The notes under the pieces: generated by a model
What the model saw: the letters and a program-made list of their open reading frames with translations, nothing else
The model's database searches: none
Told to the model about the DNA's origin: nothing
NCBI GenBank assembly: GCA_040954595.2
Contig: CM082597.2
Location: forward strand, 9,331,778 to 9,395,777
From: Balanoglossus misakiensis
Taxonomy: Eukaryota > Animalia > Hemichordata
Length of the DNA: 64,000 bases
Direction: 5' to 3'
In this document: positions 50,522 through 60,739 of the stretch, in pieces
How positions within the stretch are numbered: position 1 is the first letter of the stretch
Layout: every line of letters starts with the position of its first letter
Made by a program: the position numbers and the translations under genes

Positions 50522-53500
50522 TAACCAGGCCAGAGTGGCCAGTGTCGTGCCCATTCATTTTGAGTGTTTGGTGGGGTCAACCTTTGCGTCAACATTAACC
50601 AGACCAGAGTGGCCAGTGTCGTGCCCATTCATTTTGAGTGTTTGGTGGGGTCAACCTTTGCGTCAACCTTAAACAGGCCAGAGCGGCCAGTGTCGTGCCC
50701 ATTAATTTTGAGTGTTTGGTGGGGTCAACCTTTGCGTCAACCTTAACCAGGCCAGAGTGGCCAGTGTCGTGCCCATTCATTTTGAGTGTTTGGTGGGGTC
50801 AACCTTTGCGTCAACCTTAACCAGGCCAGAGTGGCCAGTGTCGTGCCCATTCATTTTGAGTGTTTGGTGGGGTCAACCTTTGCGTCAACCTTAACCAGGC
50901 CAGAGTGGCCAGTGTCGTGCCCATTCATTTTGAGTGTTTGGTGGGGTCAACCTTTGCGTCAACCTTAACCAGGCCAGAGTGGCCAGTGTCGTGCCCATTC
51001 ATTTTGAGTGTTTGGTGGGGTCAACCTTTGCGTCAACCTTAACCAGGCCAGAGTGGCCAGTGTCGTGCCCATTCATTTTGAGTGTTTGGTGGGGTCAACC
51101 TTTGCGTCAACCTTAACCAGGCCAGAGTGGCCAGTGTCGTGCCCATTCATTTTGAGTGTTTGGTGGGGTCAACCTTTGCGTCAACCTTAACCAGGCCAGA
51201 GTGGCCAGTGTCGTGCCCATTCATTTTGAGTGTTTGGTGGGGTCAACCTTTGCGTCAACCTTAACCAGGCCAGAGTGGCCAGTGTCGTGCCCATTAATTT
51301 TGAGTGTTTGGTGGGGTCAACCTTTGCGTCAACATTAACCAGGCCAGAGTGGCCAGTGTCGTGCCCATTAATTTTGAGTGTTTGGTGGGGTCAACCTTTG
51401 CGTCAACATTAACCAGGCCAGAGTGGCCAGTGTCGTGCCCATTAATTTTGAGTGTTTGGTGGGGTCAACCTTTGCGTCAACCTTAACCAGGCCAGAGTGG
51501 CCAGTGTCGTGCCCATTAATTTTGAGTGTTTGGTGGGGTCAACCTTTGCGTCAACCTTAACCAGGCCAGAGTGGCCAGTGTCGTGCCCATTAATTTTGAG
51601 TGTTTGGTGGGGTCAACCTTTGCGTCAACCTTAAATAGGCCAGAGCGGCCAGTGTCGTGCCCATTAATTTTGAGTGTTTGGTGGGGTCAACCTTTGCGTC
51701 AACCTTAACCAGGCCAGAGCGGCCAGTGTCGTGCCCATTCATTTTGAGTGTTTGGTGGGGTCAACCTTTGCGTCAACCTTAACCAGGCCAGAGTGGCCAG
51801 TGTCGTGCCCATTCATTTTGAGTGTTTGGTGGGGTCAACCTTTGCGTCAACCTTAAATAGGCCAGAGCGGCCAGTGTCGTGCCCATTAATTTTGAGTGTT
51901 TGGTGGGGTCAACCTTTGCGTCAACCTTAACCAGGCCAGAGTGGCCAGTGTCGTGCCCATTAATTTTGAGTGTTTGGTGGGGTCAACCTTTGCGTCAACC
52001 TTAACCAGGCCAGAGTGGCCAGTGTCGTGCCCATTAATTTTGAGTGTTTGGTGGGGTCAACCTTTGCGTCAGCCTTAACCAGGCCAGAGTGGCCAGTGTC
52101 GTGCCCATTAATTTTGAGTGTTTGGTGGGGTCAACCTTTGCGTCAACATTAACCAGGCCAAGGTGGCCAGTGTCGTGCCCAATAATTTTGAGTGTTTGGT
52201 GGAGTCAACCTTTGAGGTCAACATTAACCAGGCCAGAGTGGCCAGTGTCGTGCCCATTAATTTTGAGTGTTTGGTGGAGTCAACCTTTGAGGTCAACATT
52301 AACCAGGCCAGAGTGGCCAGTGTCGTGCCCATTAATTTTGAGTGTTTGGTGGGGTCAACCTTTGCGTCAACATTAACCAGGCCAAGGTGGCCAGTGTCGT
52401 GCCCAATAATTTTGAGTGTTTGGTGGAGTCAACCTTTGAGGTCAACATTAACCAGGCCAGAGTGGCCAGTGTCGTGCCCATTAATTTTGAGTGTTTGGTG
52501 GGGTCAACCTTTGCGTCAACATTAACCAGGCCAAGGTGGCCAGTGTCGTGCCCAATAATTTTGAGTGTTTGGTGGAGTCAACCTTTGAGGTCAACATTAA
52601 CCAGGCCAGAGTGGCCAGTGTCGTGCCCATTAATTTTGAGTGTTTGGTGGGGTCAACCTTTGCGTCAACATTAACCAGGCCAAGGTGGCCAGTGTCGTGC
52701 CCAATAATTTTGAGTGTTTGGTGGAGTCAACCTTTGAGGTCAACATTAACCAGGCCAGAGTGGCCAGTGTCGTGCCCATTAATTTTGAGTGTTTGGTGGG
52801 GTCAACCTTTGCGTCAACATTAACCAGGCCAAGGTGGCCAGTGTCGTGCCCAATAATTTTGAGTGTTTGGTGGAGTCAACCTTTGAGGTCAACATTAACC
52901 AGGCCAGAGTGGCCAGTGTCGTGCCCATTAATTTTGAGTGTTTGGTGGGGTCAACCTTTGCGTCAACATTAACCAGGCCAAGGTGGCCAGTGTCGTGCCC
53001 ATTAATTTTGAGTGTTTGGTGGGGTCAACCTTTGCGTCAACATTAACCAGGCCAGGGTGGCCAGTGTCGTGCCCATTAATTTTGAGTGTTTGGTGGGGTC
53101 AACCTTTGCGTCAACATTAACCAGGCCAGGGTGGCCAGTGTCGTGCCCATTAATTTTGAGTGTTTGGTGGGGTCAACCTTTGCGTCAACATTAACCAGGC
53201 CAAGGTGGCCAGTGTCGTGCCCAATAATTTTGAGTGTTTGGTGGAGTCAACCTTTGAGGTCAACATTAACCAGGCCAGAGTGGCCAGTGTCATGCCCATT
53301 AATTTTGAGTGTTTGGTGGGGTCAACCTTTGCGTCAACATTAACCAGGCCAGAGTGGCCAGTGTCGTGCCCATTAATTTTGAGTGTTTGGTGGGGTCAAC
53401 CTTTGCGTCAACATTAACCAGGCCAGAGTGGCCAGTGTCGTGCCGATTAATTTTGAGTGTTTGGTGGGGTCAACCTTTGCGTCAACATTAACCAGGCCAA

Positions 53501-53933
53501 GGTGGCCAGTGTCGTGCCCATTAATTTTGAGTGTTTGGTGGGGTCAACCTTTGCGTCAACATTAACCAGGCCAGAGTGGCCAGTGTCGTGCCCATTAATT
53601 TTGAGTGTTTGGTGGGGTCAACCTTTGCGTCAACATTAACCAGGCCAGAGTGGCCAGTGTCGTGCCCATTAATTTTGAGTGTTTGGTGGGGTCAACCTTT
53701 GCGTCAACATTAACCAGGCCAAGGTGGCCAGTGTCGTGCCCATTAATTTTGAGTGTTTGGTGGGGGTCAACCTTTGCGTCAACCTTAACCAGGCCAGAGT
53801 GGCCAGTGTCGTGCCCATTAATTTTGAGTGTTTGGTGGGGTCAACCTTTGCGTCAACATTAACCAGGCCAAGGTGGCCAGTGTCGTGCCCATTAATTTTG
53901 AGTGTTTGGTGGGGTCAACCTTTGCGTCAACAT
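50522..53933. repeat. 74-bp tandem satellite, array 2 (~46 units, with 75-bp variants and 149-bp dimers)
   Basis: Same unit as array 1. CATTCATTTT variants cluster at 50540-51230. The 75-bp GGAGTCAACCTTTGAGG variant alternates with the 74-bp unit at ~52330-52940. Confidence 0.98.
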
Positions 53934-55813
53934 TATGCTATTTGTATTGAACCTTTATTACATACAATTAGATCTGAAACCAATATTTTGGGGATTACTA
54001 TCCCCAAAAGCAATGATCGTATTAGTGTAAACTTTCTGCATATGCAGATGATATTAGCTTTTTGATCACTAAGAATTCTGACTTCAGTAAAATGTGCCAG
54101 TGGCTTTGTAGTTATGAAAACGCGAGCAATGCTCATATTAATTATGGTAAATCTGAAGGTTTGTGGGTTGGAAGATGGCGAGGTAGAACTGACCACCCCT
54201 TGGGAATCAAATGGAACAGTAGAGGGCTTAAAATTCTTGGTATCTACCTTGGGAATACGGATGAGTTCTTTCAACAAAATTGGGACGACTGTGCTCGCAA
54301 AATCAATAATAAGCTTTCTTGGTGGTCAAGGTTTGTAAAATCTATGTCATACCGGGGGCGTGTAATTGTTATTAATCATCTGGCTGCTACTAAACTGTTT
54401 CATAGACTAGTTTGTTTATCTCCTCCCCCTGATATCATTTCATATATTCAAAATACTTTTCTTGATTTCTTCTGGCAAGGCCGGCACTGGCTTCCAGCTC
54501 ACTTACTTTATGCTCGCATTGAAAGTGGGGGTCAAAACCTCGTTTGTCTTCCTGTTCGGATCAATGCTTTCCGTTTGCAACGTTTGCAGAGGTTTCTCCA
54601 TTCCTCCCTGGATCATCCTTCGTTTTCTTTCTTGGAATACTATTTTAAAACAGTCCATGCTCTAGATTATGGCGCTCAACTTCTTGCAATTGAAATTCCT
54701 TCGATACCAGGAACTTTGCCTTTATTTTATCGTGATCTCCTCAAAACATGGAATTCGATTAAAAGACTTAGGAAAGATCATCCCACAGCTATTTGTGATA
54801 TTCTTAATGAACCTCTTTTCTATAATGACCTGGTTCAACTTTCTGTTGGGCATGAAACTACCATAGTTCAAAATCTGGTTGATGCTGGCATTACCAAGGT
54901 CGACTTGCTCCATATTTTTCTTGAGTGTATTCGGTTAAATCCTCTTTTCAAGATCTTTCGTACCTTGTGTCAACGCATCCTGGGTACTGTGTGCAAAATT
55001 CCTTATTGGTGGTTCATTTTAGGGCCAGTCTGTAACAAAGATGTTACAAAACATACCAGCCCCCTTTTAATGTTTCTTTTTGTTACTGCTAAACTTTCAA
55101 TTCATATTACCCGTCACATAGCTCTTACTGAAGGAATCTCAAACCAAAGCTTTTCCCTTGTCGATCTCTTTAAAGTCCGTGTACGTTCTCGATTAATCAA
55201 TGAATTTACCTTCTACAGAAACTGCTCAAAAACTGACGTCTTTATAAACATGTGGTGCATCAATAATGCCTTGGCTTCAGTTCATGAAGGAAACTTAAAC
55301 ATTGCTACAATTTTATCGTAATCACTTATACTAGTTCTGTGTAATAATGATAAACACATACACACACGCTTTCATTGAAGCAATAGGCTACAATGCTGAC
55401 GTTTGGGTTTGGGCTCCATACTCCTCACGGGAACCATCCCAACATGGTTCGCCCATTCGTCAGTGGGATACACACTTTTTTTCTCATTTCAGCCTCATTA
55501 CTGCTGTAACGTTCCTGTCGCCTAACCTAGAATACATCTCTGCCGTCAACCCTACAGTACATCTCGGCCTTCAACCCTGTAATACATCTATGCTGTCAAC
55601 CCTGCAGTACATACATGTATCTGCCGTCAATCCTGCAATACTTCTCTGCTGTCAACCCTGGACTATGTATCAGTTGTAAATCCTTCAACCCTGGAACAAT
55701 GTTCACTTTGTATTATTTTAGTCTGAATTTATGAATTCTTTTGCATTTCAATAAAGTGTAAATAATTTTTATTTTACGCAATAAAGGTTTATTTTCAAAA
55801 GTCAAAAAAAAAA
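53931..55813 (+). mobile_element. Tx1-clade (L1 group) non-LTR retrotransposon, 5'-truncated copy with intact 3' end
   Basis: 53931-54902 is near-identical to ~62758-63727. Frameshift at ~54022, internal deletion at ~54902, ORF2 stop at 55321. The 3' end is AATAAA...TTTCAAAAGTCAAAAAAAAAAG, followed by (CAT)n. Confidence 0.93.
55500..55695. repeat. Degenerate ~25-bp minisatellite in the Tx1 3' UTR
   Basis: About seven TACATCTCTGCYGTCAACCCTG-like units. Confidence 0.65.
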
Positions 55814-55911
55814 GTCATCACCATCATCATCATAATCATCGTCATCATCATCATCATCAACATCCCCATCACCATCATCATCATCATCATCATCATCAAC
55901 ATCCCCATCAC

Positions 55912-55943
<32 letters not shown>

Positions 55944-55964
55944 ACATCCCCATCACCATCATCG

Positions 55965-55997
<33 letters not shown>

Positions 55998-56126
55998 CCA
56001 TCATCGTCATCATCATCATCATCATAATCATCGTCATCATCACCATCATCATCATCATCATCATCAACATCCCCATCACCATCATCGTCATCATCATCAT
56101 CATCATCATCCCCATCACCATCATCG

Positions 56127-56157
<31 letters not shown>

Positions 56158-56764
56158 CATCAACATCCCCATCATCATCATCAACATCCCCATCACCATC
56201 ATCATCATCAACATCCCCATCCCCATCATCATCATCATCATTATCATCACCATCATCATCATAATCATCGTCATCATCATCATCATCATCATCATCATCA
56301 ACATCCCCATCACCATCATCATCAACATCCCCATCACCATCATCGTCATCATCATCATCATCATCATCATCATCAACATCCCCATCATCATCATCATCAA
56401 CATCCCCTTCACCATCATCATCAACATCCCCATCACCATCATCATCATCAACATCCCCATCCCCATCATCATCATCATCATTATCATCACCATCATCATC
56501 ATCACAATCATCATCACCATCATCATCATCATCAACATCCCCATCATCATCATCATCATCAACATCCCCATCATCATCATCAACATCCCCATCACCATCA
56601 TCGTCATCATCATCATCATCATCATCATCATCAACATCCCCATCACCATCATCATCATCATCAACATCCCCATCACCATCATCATCATCATCACCATCAT
56701 CATCATAATAATTGTCATCATCATCATCATCATCATCAACATCCCCATCACCATCATCATCATC

Positions 56765-56796
<32 letters not shown>

Positions 56797-56799
56797 CAT
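55814..56799. repeat. ~1-kb degenerate (CAT/ATC)n array between the two Tx1 copies
   Basis: CAT triplets with CAC, CAA, CCC and CGT variants, recurrent CAACATCCCCATCAC, and an internal repeat at offset ~240. Confidence 0.98.
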
Positions 56800-57703
56800 G
56801 GTGGTGGTGGTGGCGGTACAGAAGCGCTCCTAACTTGGCGTTGCTTTTTCTGGTGTTAGAGGTACCATCCCTCAAAAATCGTTCAACTACAGTATTGTGA
56901 GTACGGTACTGTTTCACTTTATTCGAATTTTATTGACATATTTGTGCTGATTGGGGGGATTTTTGGTTGATTGTTTCTTTGCCACCGAGTGGCAGCCCGG
57001 GGTGGGCAATATGGCTGCCCAGGCTGACAATCCATTTCGTAGATTGACTAGGAAACACGCGATTAGGTGCACTAATGTTCAAGATCTCCCTGTGGAGAGT
57101 TATGTTGAAGAAATTGCTAAGAAGATTGGGAGCGAGAATATTATCGCTGCCTCACGCATGAATCGTTCTGTTATAGTGTTCTTGGCGTCACTTGAGAATG
57201 TAGAGAACATTGTAGAATCCAGACTGTCGGTTGAAGGTGAAATGGTGGACATTGAGCATATGGTGAAGCCAGCTTCGAAATTAATTCTTTCTAACGTCCC
57301 CCCTTTTATACCAAATAAATACTTAGAGGAAGAATTGTGGAAATTGGGTAGAGTGGTCGGGAACATGAGGCCAATTCCTCTAGGATGCAAAAATCCTGCG
57401 TTGAAACACGTAAAGTCTTTCAGACGGCAAATCCATGTTTTATTGCATAATGAAAATATTGATGGCCTCATCAATGTTAATCATGAAGATCGTCTTTACC
57501 CAATATATATTACGATAGACGAAATGAGATGTTTTCTTTGTGGGGCAAAAGGACATATCCGCAAATCTTGCCCTCTTGCTCGTGAATTTGTAAGCACAAG
57601 GCAAGCTAGAACCGAAAACAGCGATAATGATATTACTGTAGGTGTGAACAAAAGTGTTAATGATCTTGCACAAAAGAGAAATGATAATGAGATGCAGACA
57701 GAA

Positions 57704-58890
57704 AGGGCTTGCACACGTGCAATGATTAGGGCGCCCTTTTTTGGATTATAAAAGTTGGTAAACATTTCTTATCAGCGACTCAAATAGTTTTGCATTCACA
57801 TGTGTATAAAAGGGACGGGGTCATCGCACTCAATGCGTCCACAGCAGAGTGGCTAAAGGTCACAATGGCGGATTCAGTGATGTGTTTACTGTATATGTAG
57901 CTCTGGACTTATACCCAAACAGCGTATACCGTAATCTATCCTTCGGTTCGACCAGGAAAAAATAATTATTCTTTACAAAAAGACGAAACAATGGGGGTAA
58001 AAATGAGTCAAAGTGCCAGAACGACCCCTCGGACATTTATGCAAATTAGGTTCAAATAGGCTTCATGGTGCGATTGAAAATCAAGGACACATTTCGCCAC
58101 TTGTCCCATTTGTTGTTCCACATCAAATAAATGGAAGATCCGAGAATATCCACACTTTTCCAGTTTTTGTACAGTCATCCTATAAGTATAAGCGCTTCTA
58201 CGGTACCGCCTGTGAGTCTTACAGCTTTGAAACCAGTGCGTAATATACTAGTAGCATGACTCCATGCTAGTAGTAAAAGCATACCGGGATGTGGGAACGC
58301 TTTGAGTTGGTCCCTTGGGACAAAGACGTTTTTAATTTATTCACGCACAGGGATGTATTTTTAGCCAGACAATGGCAAGACCTAGTTGCCTAGCAATTAT
58401 CACCATGAACTTTGCTACAAGTTTCACTACCACTTCCACTGGGCGTCTCAATTTTTTCAGCAGAGCCCCAGCTGCAGTAAGTTCCGACTACCTCAAGGCT
58501 TTGCCTGTAGGTTTTGGGGCTCCTCATTTTACTGATGACCATCAGCAACAAGGCAAATTGACCGTTGACTAAGCAAGGTGCTAAACATCGCTCTTTTCAG
58601 AGGGGTAATTTTACATGCAAGCTCATTAGAAACTGCCACTTGTATCCCCTCAAACCGCGTCGGCAGAGTGCGTTTAGATCGGCGTTTAGTGCTGTGTTTC
58701 TGTTCACACGTGATTTGAATCGCTGTTTAGTGCGGCGCCCCGACCCAGGTCCCACCCCTCAACACCTTCACAAAAAAAGAGCGGCGCAGGGCCGCTCTCA
58801 CCTTTTCACACGTGGCACTTACAAATTAACGCCGCCCTAGGGCCGCCGCTGGGGCGGCGTTGACGGCACGTGAGAAAGGCATAAGAGGTA
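57704..58890 (+). mobile_element. Composite TIR element, copy 2
   Basis: Near-identical to 13464-14645; begins AGGGCTTGCACACGTG. Confidence 0.9.
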
Positions 58891-58902
58891 AACAGCGATA
58901 AT

Positions 58903-59879
58903 AGTCGCTTGCACACGTGCAATGATTAGGACGCCCTGTTTTGGATTATAAAAGTTGGTAAACATTTCTTATCAGCGACTCAAATAGTTTTGCATTCACA
59001 TGTGTATAAAAGGGACGGGATCACCGCACTCGGACATTTATGCAAATTAGGTTAAAATAGGCTTCATGGTGCGATTGAAAATCAAGGACACATTTCGCCA
59101 CTTGTCCCATTTGTTGTTCCACATCAAATAAATGGAAGATCTGAGAAAATCCACACTTTTCCAGTTTTTGTACAGTCATCCTATAAGTATAAGCGCTTCT
59201 ACGGTACCGCCTGTGAGTCTTACAGCTTTGAAACCAATGCGTAATATACTAGTAGCATGACTCCATGCTAGTAGTAAAAGCATACCGGGATGTGGCTTTG
59301 AGTTGGTCCCTTGGGACAAAGACGTTTTTAATTTATTCACGCACAGGGATGTATTTTTAGCCAGACAATGGCAAGACCTAGTTGCCTAGCAATTATCACC
59401 ATGAACTTTGCTACAAGTTTCACTACCACTTCCACTGGGCGTCTCAATTTTTTCAGCAGAGCCCCAGCTGCAGTAAGTTCCGACTACCTCAAGGCTTTGC
59501 CTGTAGGTTTTGGGGCTCCTCATTTTACTGATGACCATCAGCAACAAGGCAAATTGACCGTTGACTAAGCAAGGTGCTAAACATCGCTCTTTTCAGAGGG
59601 GTAATTTTACATGCAAGCTCATTAGAAACTGCCACTTGTATCCCCTCAAACCGCGTAGGCAGAGTGCGTTTAGATCGGCGTTTAGTGCGGTGTTTCTGTT
59701 CACACGTGATTTGAATCGCTGTTTAGTGCGGCGCCCCGACCCAGGTCCCACCCCTCAACACCGTCACAAAAAAAGAGCGGCGCAGGGCCGCTCTCACCTT
59801 TTCACACGTGGCACTTACAAATTAACGCCGCCCTAGCACCGCCGCTGGGGCGGCGTTGACGGCACGTGAGAAAGGGGTA
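58903..59879 (+). mobile_element. Composite TIR element, copy 3, with a ~200-bp internal deletion
   Basis: Same family. The deletion at ~59030 has CTC microhomology. Flanked by AAT on both sides and ends GAGAAAGGGGTA. Confidence 0.9.
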
Positions 59880-60739
59880 AATGATATTACTGTAGGTGTG
59901 AACAAAAGTGTTAATGATCTTGCACAAAAGAGAAATGATAATGAGATGCAGACTGAAGGTGTCAATGATGTCATCATGCCTGAAAAAATGAATAACAACA
60001 GCTCTGAGAGGGCAGATGATAAAACAATGAATAATACAAGTGTTAATATGGTTGAGGGTGCAGATGATGTAATTGCAAAGGAAATAACCAGTAGTAATGG
60101 AAGTACAAGTGGTGTTACTACGAAAGAGAAGACTAACAACGACACAGAAACAAGGCCTTTTAATGTAGGTGTTATTGATGAAGACAGGGTACTACCCCCT
60201 TCTTCTTTTCCTTCCACTCCTTCTGTGTTGTCTTCTCATTCCCTCCCCTCCTCTTCCGATCCCTCCTCCTCCCTCTCCCTTGATTTTCCCGGGACTCCTT
60301 TCTCTGGTGTGTATTTTCACAAATCCCGAAAGGAATCAGTCCCTCGTGATTCCCAGATTACAGTTTCAACACCAATCAGTACGTCTAATAGTTTTGATAT
60401 TCTTAGTCAGTGTTCAGATTCGGATGCTGATTGCATCTCTGTGACTTCTGTACTTCCTGATAATATTTCTATGACCTCTGAAACGTCTGACATTTCTGAA
60501 CATTCTGAACGGAGGGAGGTTCAAGCGACTAATCTCATTGCCTTCTTAGAGGAAATTAAGGGATCGAAGAATATGATAGAACAATGCTATGAGTATTGTT
60601 CAGATATAAGATTGCTGATTAAATCATTTAACAAGCTACGCAAAACCACTCTTGTTGATAACAAACAAAAAGTCAGGATACAGAGACTCATGGCAAAGCT
60701 GTTTACTCATGTTAGAACTAAAGGTAACACCCCTAAATA

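Noticed and set aside
48972-53933. Possible CRISPR array or repeated small genes (many 60-aa MFGGVNLC ORFs)
   Set aside because: Units are contiguous with no unique spacers, there are no cas genes, the context is eukaryotic, and the ORFs follow from the 74-bp period.
55795-56917. Poly-Met (334 aa) and poly-Asp (371 aa) ORFs
   Set aside because: These are translations of a (CAT)n array that cross LINE boundaries; nothing supports a real acidic protein.
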